Source: an uncultured virus (IMG/VR IMGVR_UViG_3300044622_000297)
Lineage: Duplodnaviria > Heunggongvirae > Uroviricota > Caudoviricetes
Strand: one strand, 5' to 3'
DNA length: 64,000 bases
Virus record (IMG/VR): IMGVR_UViG_3300044622_000297
Both the position numbers and the translations under genes were made by a program. Of the stretch, positions 37,597-47,386 are shown piece after piece. The notes under the pieces are model-generated. The model saw only the letters and a list, made by a program, of their open reading frames with translations, ran no database searches and was not told the DNA's origin. Positions within the stretch are counted from its first letter, which is position 1. Each line of letters opens with the position of its first letter.

Positions 37597-38496
37597 TTAT
37601 GGCTGAACTACGTTAGCGTTAACTATCTCTTTAATCTTTTCTAGTTCAGCGTCTGTTAGGTGCTGCAGAACGTGAACATCGGCTATGGCAATAAGCCTTC
37701 CTCTGCCTGGCTCGTTAGTTGAATACAATCCTTGGTTCGATAATCCAAACTTTGTACCATACTGCGTCCCGGGCGGAATTGTAAGCTTCAAAACTGTTCC
37801 ATCCAGGCCACGTATTTCTTTCTCACATCCTACTATAGCTTCTAAACAATTTACAGTAATCTGGGTCACTAAGTCAATTCCGTACTGCTCAAAGTTTGGA
37901 TGTGGCCTAAAATGGAATTGGACAAACAGGTCTGCCCTAGGAGCGTCTTTAACTGAATGGTCTCCAAGACCGGGATATCTGACAGTTGTGCCGTTTGTTA
38001 CCCCTCGCGGAATCTTAATCTCGAGGTTCTCTTTCTCGTTCCCAGGCAATGTAATGTTTATCGTCTTTGTTTGTTCTTTAAGATTATCGACTAAGTCGAG
38101 TTCCATCGAGATTCGAACATCTCGATTCGTCGGTTTCTTATTTTGGTGCTGTTGTTTAAACTGCGAGAAAGGATCACCACCAGCGCCATTACCTCCGAAG
38201 TTGAAACTGAAGCCGAACTGCTTCCTAAGTAGGTCAGCAATATCATCTTCGTTCATTTGCCTACTTCTGCCGCCTCCGAACCCAGAGTGTCTTGGACCGT
38301 ATTCTAGCTCTTGGTCATACTCGGCTCGTTTCTGGTCATCAGATAGAATCTGATAAGCGGTGTTAATCTCTTGGAACTTAGCAGTATCGCCACCTTTGTC
38401 CGGGTGGGTGGTACTTGCCTTTTTCTTATAAGCCTTCTTAATGTCGTGGCTTGTGGCAGTCTTATCAACTCCCAGAGCTTCGTAATGATTAGTCAT
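37597..38496 (-). CDS. class II DnaJ/CbpA-like co-chaperone
   Basis: J-domain with HPD, G/F region, C-terminal domain, no Zn finger. Confidence 0.92.
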   Translation of the reverse strand: MTNHYEALGVDKTATSHDIKKAYKKKASTTHPDKGGDTAKFQEINTAYQILSDDQKRAEYDQELEYGPRHSGFGGGRSRQMNEDDIADLLRKQFGFSFNFGGNGAGGDPFSQFKQQHQNKKPTNRDVRISMELDLVDNLKEQTKTINITLPGNEKENLEIKIPRGVTNGTTVRYPGLGDHSVKDAPRADLFVQFHFRPHPNFEQYGIDLVTQITVNCLEAIVGCEKEIRGLDGTVLKLTIPPGTQYGTKFGLSNQGLYSTNEPGRGRLIAIADVHVLQHLTDAELEKIKEIVNANVVQP

Positions 38497-38504
38497 ATGT
38501 GATA

Positions 38505-38533
38505 ATTATGCGCTAATTACGCACATAAGTCAA
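38505..38533 (-). promoter_or_regulatory. sigma70 promoter; DnaJ mRNA probably leaderless
   Basis: TTGACT-N17-CATAAT, 8 nt before ATG, no SD. Confidence 0.65.
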
Positions 38534-38542
38534 ATATTTTGG

Positions 38543-38968
38543 TTAGACCTTAACACCTGGAATATTTGGTAAATCTGGTACTTTTGGAATTGCAGGGATA
38601 ACAGGAGCAGAAGCTCCGTTTTGCGGTAACTTTTCTTCTCTAGGGTTATGCGTAGTTGGTCCTTGCGTTACCAGTTTGACTACTACTGGAGCAATCCAGG
38701 CAGCAGCATATAGACCGAAATACCCTTCGGTCATCTTACCTATTAACGTAAGCTCGACCATCATCCAACTAGTTAATGAAAACGCACCCATCATGACAAC
38801 CGCGGCTTTAGACACATGCCCGTTCTCCATTAGTAGGTCGAGAACGTTAAAGTCATTATCTGGTCGACGGTGTAAGCTAATGCCAGCAACGACAATCAGC
38901 ACAACAAAAATACTTAAGGCAATTACCATGCCGTTGGTCTGAGTGAAAAGAGAAAGAAAGTTTTCCAT
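38543..38968 (-). CDS. membrane protein, putative holin
   Basis: three hydrophobic segments; last gene of lysis module. Confidence 0.5.
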   Translation of the reverse strand: MENFLSLFTQTNGMVIALSIFVVLIVVAGISLHRRPDNDFNVLDLLMENGHVSKAAVVMMGAFSLTSWMMVELTLIGKMTEGYFGLYAAAWIAPVVVKLVTQGPTTHNPREEKLPQNGASAPVIPAIPKVPDLPNIPGVKV

Positions 38969-39258
38969 TACTTAAATACTTTCTTCTGCTCAGTTACCCA
39001 ATTTTGCCAACTAAAAATAGTTTCACGGTAGACGTTACATTGCGTATAGTTGTCAGTGATTACCTTAGAGACTGTAGTAAATGGTATCCCGCTATCTGTC
39101 TTATCTGTTAAACTAATTTCTGTGGGCCACTGCCCAACTGTTTTCAGTTCAACCGGCTTTTCCATTAACTTAGCTGGCGGCTCAGGAAACTTCATTGGTT
39201 CTACGCTTGCGCAAGATACTGTTAAGAACGGTATTGCTAAGATTAGAAATAATTTCAT
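38968..39258 (-). CDS. o-spanin-like lipoprotein
   Basis: signal peptide with LTVSC lipobox, Pro-rich. Confidence 0.75.
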   Translation of the reverse strand: MKLFLILAIPFLTVSCASVEPMKFPEPPAKLMEKPVELKTVGQWPTEISLTDKTDSGIPFTTVSKVITDNYTQCNVYRETIFSWQNWVTEQKKVFK

Positions 39259-39614
39259 GGCTTTTCTCCTACTGGAACACCTTTAACTGCGCGGTCGTGT
39301 ATAACAACAAAGTTTTTAGGAATAACACATCCATCGTTGCTGAGATACCGATCAACGTATTCTGTAATTGTGTCGCCCTTTTGTGTTACTGTTTTAACGC
39401 GGTCGATGTATTTGACTACTTCTTTAATCGTAACCTCTTTTGACGCAGCTTCAAGCTTTACGATTAGGGCTGCTGTTTCTGCCTTTTCTAAATCCCACTT
39501 AGCTTGAACGTCGTGGCGACCTTTAAAGTAAGCAGAGCCGAGAATGCCGGCAATGATGGCAACTATTATAATTTGCTTCCAAGGGAGCGAAGCTAGCATT
39601 GTGACAGGTATCAT
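39255..39614 (-). CDS. i-spanin
   Basis: N-terminal TM, helical region, C-terminal Cys; between endolysin and lipoprotein. Confidence 0.75.
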   Translation of the reverse strand: MIPVTMLASLPWKQIIIVAIIAGILGSAYFKGRHDVQAKWDLEKAETAALIVKLEAASKEVTIKEVVKYIDRVKTVTQKGDTITEYVDRYLSNDGCVIPKNFVVIHDRAVKGVPVGEKP

Positions 39615-39616
39615 GA

Positions 39617-40246
39617 TTATCCTTTCAGTATGTCGATTGCTCGTTCATACCGTGCTATTCTGGAGCTCAATCCATGAGTTCCACCGTTAATACGCTTTGT
39701 AATAAGCGTTATGTTTTGCGCGCCAGCTATTTCATTTAGGTTGTTGGTTGTCCAGAACCAACAAGCTGACTCAACCGCGCCTTCTGGAGTAAGTAGATAG
39801 TCAGGATCTTCTAAAAGACGTAGATCATCGAACTTAGCATTGCTAAATGCAACGTAGTTGTTCTTACCTGTGATTTGAATAATGCCGCGTCCGCGATACT
39901 TCCATCCGTCACCGCTTGCTTCGTTGCCGTTGCCCATCCTGTCAGCGTACACCTTGTTAGCAATCTTCTCAGGTTTGCGATGATAACCTTGTGCTGTTTC
40001 TTCTGTGAAACGTTTCGGCCAAGTTTTAACCAGACCAGCGGCACTATAGTTTAGGTTTTCGGTTAGACGAGTAAAGTCTGCTGACTCATGTCCCATTTGC
40101 GCTAAGAACGCAGAAACCCTTGGTAAGGTATTAATTTGGTAATTCAGAAGTATTACATTAAGAGCGACGAACCAGGCTTCGGGAGTCTTGTTAGTTGGAA
40201 TTGTCTTAGCAAGCTTCTCTATAGTAAAGTCGAAGTCGAAGCTCAT
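39617..40246 (-). CDS. GH19-family endolysin
   Basis: FLAQMGHES, ENLNYS, YRGRGIIQITG, RINGG. Confidence 0.92.
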   Translation of the reverse strand: MSFDFDFTIEKLAKTIPTNKTPEAWFVALNVILLNYQINTLPRVSAFLAQMGHESADFTRLTENLNYSAAGLVKTWPKRFTEETAQGYHRKPEKIANKVYADRMGNGNEASGDGWKYRGRGIIQITGKNNYVAFSNAKFDDLRLLEDPDYLLTPEGAVESACWFWTTNNLNEIAGAQNITLITKRINGGTHGLSSRIARYERAIDILKG

Positions 40247-40248
40247 TT

Positions 40249-40824
40249 TTACCGGATCCCTGCTGCTACCTGTATATCAATCAAGTCGCGGCTTGTTTTA
40301 GCCGCCGGCTTAACTTTAACTCCAGATATTGCTCTTAGGTGGTTTAGCTCGATGCTTTCTTCTAAGCTCTCGCCTGTTTTTATTTCGTACTCAGCCGACG
40401 AATTGATAATCTTCTTAAACAAGTTCTCTTCGGTAACTGGAAGACGATCAGCACCCTTATAGTAAGTAAATGACCAGTCTTCTAACTCTTGCTCAGTGAG
40501 ATTCATCATATCAACTAGCATCGTGTAAATGTTTTTAGCTGCGTTTGTTTTACGCTGAAGTTCAATGAAGACCATGTAATTACCGTCAGATGTTTCACCG
40601 CTACTTACGTCTGCGTCTAGCACCCAGTCATAGCTCTTTTCAATAAAGTTAACTAGATCGTCGGCTGGCTCTTTACCTAGCACAGTAAAGCCTACAACAA
40701 CAATGTCTTTATCCTCGCCCATTTTACTGCGGAACTCGTCAATGGACATGATTGGATTCACTACCCTTGCTAGGTCTCCGTATTCAACTCCCTCTGAGAC
40801 TAACTTAGAACTGTTGCTGCGCAT
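40249..40824 (-). CDS. hypothetical protein (start re-assigned)
   Basis: MRSNSSKLVSEG start avoids a 200-nt overlap with the upstream gene. Confidence 0.6.
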   Translation of the reverse strand: MRSNSSKLVSEGVEYGDLARVVNPIMSIDEFRSKMGEDKDIVVVGFTVLGKEPADDLVNFIEKSYDWVLDADVSSGETSDGNYMVFIELQRKTNAAKNIYTMLVDMMNLTEQELEDWSFTYYKGADRLPVTEENLFKKIINSSAEYEIKTGESLEESIELNHLRAISGVKVKPAAKTSRDLIDIQVAAGIR

Positions 40825-41401
40825 TTGGTGGCCCTCCCATCTGTTGTTGTGCTGGATCCATTGGTGCTCCACCCATATTACCTGCCATTGGGTCCATTCC
40901 CTGATCTTGCGTTTCGCTCTGATCGGCTTCCTCTTCGTAAGCCTCCTCGACATCATCGATATCAAGCTTCTCATTTTCAACTTCAATGGATCCTTGATGG
41001 ATCTCATTGATAAGCTTCTTGGGCATAGTAATAGTCACTAGCCAAATTGGCACTGTTTTAGTTTTGGCCATCTTAGTGCCTGGGCGGAAGTCGTCTTCGG
41101 ACTTTGGCTTTACTGGATACTCGAGCTCGTCTTTCTTGTATAGCACTTCGCAGTTGTAGTTTAGCAACTGCTCTCCGCCCCTTGGGTCAGGCATTTTAGA
41201 ATGAGGCCACATAAAAGTACAAGTCACGAAGTATTTCTCGTACTCTGGGCCAGCGACTAGTTCACCTAGTTTCCAGTTACGGAAAGCGTACACATCTAGC
41301 TCGTCGATCACGCGTTCAAAGTTCAATAGAGTATCCAAAGCTGAATCGCTTAGGTAAATCTCTTTTACGTTTTCAAGGGCACTTTTAATACTCTGTGGCA
41401 T
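40805..41401 (-). CDS. hypothetical protein
   Basis: 198 aa; acidic, Q/M-rich tail. Confidence 0.7.
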   Translation of the reverse strand: MPQSIKSALENVKEIYLSDSALDTLLNFERVIDELDVYAFRNWKLGELVAGPEYEKYFVTCTFMWPHSKMPDPRGGEQLLNYNCEVLYKKDELEYPVKPKSEDDFRPGTKMAKTKTVPIWLVTITMPKKLINEIHQGSIEVENEKLDIDDVEEAYEEEADQSETQDQGMDPMAGNMGGAPMDPAQQQMGGPPNAQQQF

Positions 41402-41426
41402 AATAGTTAATCTATCCAGTTATCTA

Positions 41427-42470
41427 TTATTTAGCCTTTTTAGCGATGTTTTCTTTGTAGAAAGCCTCTTGATTAAAGACAGTCGAGTTCCACACTACCA
41501 GGTTCTTTAACGCTTTTTTAGTAGTTAAGTCCTCTAGCTTACGCAATGCTATGCTTACGTCGTTTCCAATGAGCCACAGGTATTTCCCAGTTTCCTTCTC
41601 GATCGCAGCAACAGATTCGGGATCAGTTAGCATTTTAGTCAGGGCTTGTCGTAATGCCTTTGTGTTAGGGTTGTTCTTGCTTACCCAAAGACTCTTTTGG
41701 AGTACGTCTCGGTAATGCTTAACAAGAAGATACATCTCATAAAACTCGCCGGACGGATAAACTCCCCACTTTGCTTTGAACACTTCTTCGAACACTGGAT
41801 AGCTATCAGCAACGACTTTACCTGTCTTTAAATTCAGCACACCAGCAGAGTACCATAGCACAAACTCTGGCTTCATGTAATGCTTCATGTACGTCGCCGG
41901 TGTTTCGCGAGTTACGTTTAGCTCGCCGCGCAGGTAAGCTAATCCTCTTTCGTTGCCTTTCATACCTTTAACATACTTGACTTTTTCGTTGTAGCATTTC
42001 TTGTACTCTTCTATTCTTGCTTTAGGTCCGCACGCCATCATTGTAATGGATAGCATGTCAGGATTCGTACCAGACGAATAAGCAAACTTTACCCCGTCGA
42101 ACGGATTTGAGTCCTTACGGTGCCCGACGACGATAGTCAGATTCTGTAGGCCAATGGGATCGTAATCTCTGTATTCGTAATCAACCTGGTGGATAAGGTA
42201 AGATTCGCCGTTTCCGCCGTGCCCTAGCATAATTGTCTTTGAGTCTTTTTGTAGTTCATTGTGAAACTTGTTAAACCCTGGGATATCGTTTGCTCCGGGG
42301 ATGTGCACTAGTACTATCTTCTCGCCTAGTGCTTTCTCTAGTTCCTTTGCTATAATGCTTCCCCATACACTTGTTCCTTGTCCTGGACTTTGCGGGATGA
42401 TTAGCTTATAATCTGCTACTGCGAACGCGCTTAGTAATGCCAGTGCTAGTGCTAAAATATACTTTTTCAT
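41427..42470 (-). CDS. TctC/Bug-like periplasmic substrate-binding protein
   Basis: signal peptide, IIPQSPGQGT, HIPGA, YLRGELN; near TctA. Confidence 0.75.
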   Translation of the reverse strand: MKKYILALALALLSAFAVADYKLIIPQSPGQGTSVWGSIIAKELEKALGEKIVLVHIPGANDIPGFNKFHNELQKDSKTIMLGHGGNGESYLIHQVDYEYRDYDPIGLQNLTIVVGHRKDSNPFDGVKFAYSSGTNPDMLSITMMACGPKARIEEYKKCYNEKVKYVKGMKGNERGLAYLRGELNVTRETPATYMKHYMKPEFVLWYSAGVLNLKTGKVVADSYPVFEEVFKAKWGVYPSGEFYEMYLLVKHYRDVLQKSLWVSKNNPNTKALRQALTKMLTDPESVAAIEKETGKYLWLIGNDVSIALRKLEDLTTKKALKNLVVWNSTVFNQEAFYKENIAKKAK

Positions 42471-42481
42471 TTCCTCTCCTT

Positions 42482-43366
42482 TTAATTATACGTTGCTAGT
42501 ACTCTTTCAGCCTTTGTTGTAATTGTGTTTTTTGCTGCCAATGGGTCATGCTGCACGTCCACTAGCTGTGCAGCATGCCAGGCCTCTAAGTTTCTAGTTG
42601 CATACTCGGTCTGTTCAACTGATAGCGGTCCTATTGCTGCTTCTAAAGTTTCTAAGAAGCGATCAGTGATTCCAAAACGCAAAGCTGAGTACGGTAGCTC
42701 TATAGCGTCTGAGATGTACGTGCTTGCCTTTGCTTCAAAGTATTCAGTTGTGTGCCACGAATAGTTCAGCATGGAATACAACATTAAAGTTTTTACATCA
42801 GCGTTGTCTGTATCTTGTAAGAATGTCAATAACTCAGTAGCTTTTGCAGGCGGCACAAGAGTAACTAAATGGTCTGCACACATTTGCCTTCGGCTTAATA
42901 TTATGTTCTGATCGTAGGCCACTCTGTTTGTACAATTTGTAAGCACGTACTTAGAGAATCCATTTATCTTACATACAATCGAATCGACCGGAGTACAAGT
43001 AATGTCAATGATCTTAGCTGTCGGAAATATTTCGCGGTATACTGGGATATTATGGTAATCGTGTGAAATTTCTACCACCGGAGTCAGGTCCCTTGCACGG
43101 GGATCTACTGATTTTGTAGTCTCTTCCAACATACATGCCCTTAGGTCTGCTGCCGTTGGGCTCGCATACTTTTGCCCCAATGGGGCACTTATCCAGAGCC
43201 CCGTATGAATCAATATTCCTTGAGAATTAGCTTCTCCATGCAAATCTAAGGGTACATCAGCATAGTTTGCATCGAGTAACTTTTGTAACAGACTCCCTAC
43301 AAATCTTCCGCCGGCTCCATGACGATACATAACAATGTAATACTGCCTATCAAAAACACTAGACAT
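42482..43366 (-). CDS. hypothetical, possible P-loop/sulfotransferase-fold protein
   Basis: N-terminal YRHGAGGRFV; FPTAKIIDI. Confidence 0.45.
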   Translation of the reverse strand: MSSVFDRQYYIVMYRHGAGGRFVGSLLQKLLDANYADVPLDLHGEANSQGILIHTGLWISAPLGQKYASPTAADLRACMLEETTKSVDPRARDLTPVVEISHDYHNIPVYREIFPTAKIIDITCTPVDSIVCKINGFSKYVLTNCTNRVAYDQNIILSRRQMCADHLVTLVPPAKATELLTFLQDTDNADVKTLMLYSMLNYSWHTTEYFEAKASTYISDAIELPYSALRFGITDRFLETLEAAIGPLSVEQTEYATRNLEAWHAAQLVDVQHDPLAAKNTITTKAERVLATYN

Positions 43367-44807
43367 ACTTTACTTCTCCCTGGTGATAAAATAGCCCGTA
43401 CACTAGTGCACAGACAGTTACTAATATAGTTATCCCGCTTATGGGCCTGGTTAGAATATCAGTTAGTCCATACAGAGAGGAGTATTGAATGAAGCTGTTC
43501 TCTATCCTGTGTGCCAGAACAAACCCAATGATAAACGCTGCCCTGCTTAGTTTTAGATATCGCATCCCTATGCCAGCTGCGCAACAGATAGCAAACATAA
43601 CGTAGTCTTCCCAGTATCCAGTGTATTGAACGCACGACCAGAGTATCAGAGCAAACAAGATCCAAAAGTAATACTTAAACGGAATCAGCGTGATCAGCGT
43701 AGCCCAGCGGATAAAGAACATAGCAATAACAAATGTCAGACCTAATGCCCACAAGTAGGAGCCAAACAGCACATCAAAGAACTTTGTGTCGTTTAGCAAT
43801 GATGGCGTCCCTAACTCTAAGCCTACCATTACAAACAAGCTCATAATGATTGCCTCGAACGGCGCAGCAGGGATTCCAAATAAGACCGTAGGAACATACG
43901 CTGTTGCCTTCTGTGCGTTGTTAGCACCTTCGCAGCCTATTACACCTTTAACATTACCTGTGCCGAACGGTATCTTTTCGTGTTTGTTAAATGCCACGGT
44001 CTGTCCATACGACAGCCAATCAACTATGTTGCCGCCCACTCCGGGAAGCATTCCGAATACCCCACCAACTGCTCCACCGCGTAACCCGTCCCATCTGTGT
44101 ATCCAGCTGTCTATAAACCCTTGCCGGATCTGTCCCCAAATGTGCCTTGACTTTATCTTCAGGAATTCTATCTTTACACGGTACGACTCTAACAGCTCCG
44201 GAATGGCTAAGATTCCGGCTAGAACTGGCATGATTTGAACGCCGTCTCGGAGGTAATACCAGCCAAAAGTAAACCGTTCTGCTCCACTTTCGTTCTGCCC
44301 TATTAACCCGACTAATATGCCAATCCCTAGCGCAATAATACCTCTGAACCAATATTCGCTGTTAACAAACACGACACACACCATTGCCAGAATAAGCAGG
44401 GCTAAGATCTCTGGGATTGCTATGTGTAACACAGCTTGTCCGTAGAATGGAAGGAACGCAAAGACTAACACTCCCCATAGCAGCCCGTTAACAGTAGAGG
44501 TAGTTATTGCTGCGCTCAGCGCTCTTGCGCCTTCTCCGCGTTTAGCCATTGGAAACCCGTCTACCATAGTAGCGGCTGATCCGGAGGCCCCGGGTATGTT
44601 CATCATTATGCTTGAGAACGAGTCTCCAATTGTGACAGACACAACAATTGCCGTCGTGAATATAACAAGTAGGTAAGGGTCTGCTCTGAATACATCAATG
44701 AAGCTGTAAATCGTAAGCAGAGCTGTAGCAGCACCAGCGACAGGTATGATACCAAAAAGGAAGCCGTACAGCGTTCCACCTAGTAAGGCAAGTAAGTATT
44801 CTATCAT
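43359..44807 (-). CDS. tctA: TctA tripartite tricarboxylate transporter permease
   Basis: NIPGASGSAATMVDGFPMAKRG, GMLPGVGG, EGANNA, FGIP; many TMs. Confidence 0.9.
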   Translation of the reverse strand: MIEYLLALLGGTLYGFLFGIIPVAGAATALLTIYSFIDVFRADPYLLVIFTTAIVVSVTIGDSFSSIMMNIPGASGSAATMVDGFPMAKRGEGARALSAAITTSTVNGLLWGVLVFAFLPFYGQAVLHIAIPEILALLILAMVCVVFVNSEYWFRGIIALGIGILVGLIGQNESGAERFTFGWYYLRDGVQIMPVLAGILAIPELLESYRVKIEFLKIKSRHIWGQIRQGFIDSWIHRWDGLRGGAVGGVFGMLPGVGGNIVDWLSYGQTVAFNKHEKIPFGTGNVKGVIGCEGANNAQKATAYVPTVLFGIPAAPFEAIIMSLFVMVGLELGTPSLLNDTKFFDVLFGSYLWALGLTFVIAMFFIRWATLITLIPFKYYFWILFALILWSCVQYTGYWEDYVMFAICCAAGIGMRYLKLSRAAFIIGFVLAHRIENSFIQYSSLYGLTDILTRPISGITILVTVCALVYGLFYHQGEVKYV

Positions 44808-45406
44808 TTAATGAGGGTGATTAGGATATCGGGCTTCTGTAACGAAACTTCAACCTTGGCTCCAATTTCTTTCTCTATCCACTCTGAACTATAGTGCGAC
44901 CAAGTTGCGTTACGCTTATGCGCAAATTCTAGTATCTTTTGATTTTGTTTAGTAATCTCGCATAACATACCGGCGCTATCCTTGTAAGCAGAATAGTTAG
45001 GGTAGGTTATATTAAACCCGCCGGCTTCGTGCCACCAGGCATAGCTAGCCATGTCATGACGATATACAAGTATAATCCAATCGTCCGGAAAAATTTTTTC
45101 AATGACATCAAATCGGTATGGCCAGTCGTGACTCTTAAGCAATTTAGTGCCGCCCTTAGTTGCCCAAGGAAGATCGAGATACTGATGTAGGAAGGTAACA
45201 TTAAACTTCTCTAATGCAGAGTCATATTCCATTCCTCGACCAAAGTACACACCTTTGTGCCCTTTAAAAGATTTAATGTCGTAGTTGCGACCTTCTATTC
45301 TATCGCTTGTGTTAAATCCTAGGATCTGTTCTATGTCTTGTGCTATTGCTGACCAATGTGAACCGGGCACACCAGTAAAGAAGATTTTGTCAGGTAATGT
45401 AATCAT
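44804..45406 (-). CDS. P-loop/sulfotransferase-like protein
   Basis: IFFTGVPGSHWS, LLKSH, FPDDWIILVYR resemble PAPS-binding elements. Confidence 0.45.
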   Translation of the reverse strand: MITLPDKIFFTGVPGSHWSAIAQDIEQILGFNTSDRIEGRNYDIKSFKGHKGVYFGRGMEYDSALEKFNVTFLHQYLDLPWATKGGTKLLKSHDWPYRFDVIEKIFPDDWIILVYRHDMASYAWWHEAGGFNITYPNYSAYKDSAGMLCEITKQNQKILEFAHKRNATWSHYSSEWIEKEIGAKVEVSLQKPDILITLIK

Positions 45407-45409
45407 ACA

Positions 45410-45432
45410 GTATTTAGTGTTCAGATAAATAC
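45410..45432. promoter_or_regulatory. back-to-back late promoters
   Basis: GTATTTA..TAAATAC; an ATG lies 4 nt from each TAAATA. Confidence 0.7.
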
Positions 45433-45435
45433 ACT

Positions 45436-45957
45436 ATGAAAAACCAACTATTCCTCAATGAGTACTTCGCAACTGAATGGAAACCAGATATAGAAAAATA
45501 CAAATACTCGGGGTTATCGTTAATTGACCAGATACAGCCAGACGAGTGGGTTCTTGATGTAGGATGTGGCTATAATCCTTTTAAAGGAAAGATTAAGAAC
45601 CTTGTCGGCATTGATCCGGCAAATCAAAACGCCGACGTAATAACAACCATTGAAGGTTACAAGACTGACAAAAGATTCGACGTAGCTTTCTGTTTAGGTA
45701 GCATTAACTTTGGCGACTCTGGCGAGATCTATCAACAAATAAAGAAGGTTACTTCTTTATTAACCTCTAAGGGTCGAATCTACTGGCGGTGTAACCCAGG
45801 ACGGCAAGATCACGGAACAGAAGGGTGTACGAAAATACAATTCTTCAATTGGACCACGACGTGGCACTATTACTTTGCTGCTGCGTCAGGGTTTACTGTT
45901 GTCGAGGTAAAAGAGGACTCAGGTAATCGTTTATACGCTGAGTGGATTTTAAAATAA
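45436..45957 (+). CDS. class I SAM-dependent methyltransferase
   Basis: VLDVGCG, GID, FDVAFC, LTSKG. Confidence 0.85.
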   Translation: MKNQLFLNEYFATEWKPDIEKYKYSGLSLIDQIQPDEWVLDVGCGYNPFKGKIKNLVGIDPANQNADVITTIEGYKTDKRFDVAFCLGSINFGDSGEIYQQIKKVTSLLTSKGRIYWRCNPGRQDHGTEGCTKIQFFNWTTTWHYYFAAASGFTVVEVKEDSGNRLYAEWILK

Positions 45958-46078
45958 CTCGCCAAGTCTTTTATTTAGTGTTCGATCCAAATTTATAGTA
46001 TGTGTGGTTTGCTTTTGTGTAATTGGCCTTAAATATTTTTGTAGGTGCAATGCCTACTAACTTTAAGGAGTAACTACA

Positions 46079-46864
46079 TTGTCTAAGCGTAAAAGTAACA
46101 CACGCCGTTCATACTATGACATCGAAGAAACCAACAAGCAACCATTTTACAAAGGAGTAAAAGCAAACGCAGCAGGCAGCAATGTATTACCGTTTAACAC
46201 ATACGCAACACACCACAAGACTACGGTAACACTATTACCGAAAAGCGATAAGCAGGCAGAGTATATCAAACTCTTGCTAAACAAATCAAAGACAATCATC
46301 TTTGCTACTGGCCCAGCAGGCACAGGCAAAACCATGCTGGCTGTTACCGCAGCCATTAAAGCATTTAAACATGGCGAGTGCGACAAAATCGTTATTACAC
46401 GCCCAGCAGTTGAAGTAGATGAAGAGAAACATGGCTTCCTACCAGGAACCTTAAACGAAAAGATGGCACCGTGGGTCAGACCAATTATTGATGTAATGAA
46501 GGATTACTTTACACCTAAAGATATCCAGCTAATGATCGAGGATGAAACCATTGAAGTTTCACCACTGGCATTTATGCGTGGTCGAACTTTTAAGAACAGT
46601 TGGATCATTGCGGACGAGATGCAAAACGCTACCCCAGGGCAGCTAAAGATGCTACTAACCAGGATAGGAGAAGATAGTAGAATCATAGTAACGGGAGATA
46701 CGCAGCAAACAGACAGGAAAGGGGCATCTAACGGTTTAGTAGATTTCCAGAAGAGGACTAGCGGGGCTACTTTATCGTTTATTAGCGGGGTCGAATTTTC
46801 AGGAGAAGATATACAAAGGCACCCAGCAGTAGAGGAAATCCTTAGAATATACGGAGATCTGTAG
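46079..46864 (+). CDS. phoH: PhoH-like ATPase
   Basis: GPAGTGKT, GFLPG, MRGRTF, DEMQN, LTRIG, GD..Q.D. Confidence 0.95.
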   Translation: MSKRKSNTRRSYYDIEETNKQPFYKGVKANAAGSNVLPFNTYATHHKTTVTLLPKSDKQAEYIKLLLNKSKTIIFATGPAGTGKTMLAVTAAIKAFKHGECDKIVITRPAVEVDEEKHGFLPGTLNEKMAPWVRPIIDVMKDYFTPKDIQLMIEDETIEVSPLAFMRGRTFKNSWIIADEMQNATPGQLKMLLTRIGEDSRIIVTGDTQQTDRKGASNGLVDFQKRTSGATLSFISGVEFSGEDIQRHPAVEEILRIYGDL

Positions 46865-46900
46865 TCATACTTTAAAAGTTAAGGTTGGGCTAAATACGGT

Positions 46901-47386
46901 ATGGATGTTTTTGGCCCAACTCACTTCTTCACTACATTAGCTCTAATGTATAAAAACCTGCGATTTATTTTGACCAGGGGTAATACTATTGTCGCTAGAT
47001 TCTTGCTCTACTTGAGCGCGATTATTTGGTCAGTGGATACCTTGTTTCTCCCGTCAAGGCATTGGATGATGTTACATGAGTTAATTCGTATCTCACCTAA
47101 TTTATTAAATGATATAGTGGTTTGGTTCTTACCTCTAGCAGCACTAATTTACGGAGTTTCTTCGATGATTGTATTGTTAGCAAAAGTTAAGATTCCTTAC
47201 TTAACAGTAGCTAGCTCATTGACCGGCGCACTAATATGGACCATTGGATTGTCCTTAGACATTGCAGTTACTTCAGTATTATCCGGGTTCCCGAACAACT
47301 TTACAGAAATAGAAGCCACAACAATTACAGCAACACTTCTAGCTTGGTGGTTATTAGCTAGGGACTTACTTAAGGTATCGAGATGA
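46901..47386 (+). CDS. multi-TM membrane protein
   Basis: about four hydrophobic helices; TAAATA at 46891-46896. Confidence 0.6.
   Translation: MDVFGPTHFFTTLALMYKNLRFILTRGNTIVARFLLYLSAIIWSVDTLFLPSRHWMMLHELIRISPNLLNDIVVWFLPLAALIYGVSSMIVLLAKVKIPYLTVASSLTGALIWTIGLSLDIAVTSVLSGFPNNFTEIEATTITATLLAWWLLARDLLKVSR

Noticed and set aside
40825..41007. N-terminal extension of ORF 40249-41007
   Set aside because: Alternative frame of the upstream gene tail; start at 40824 is more plausible.
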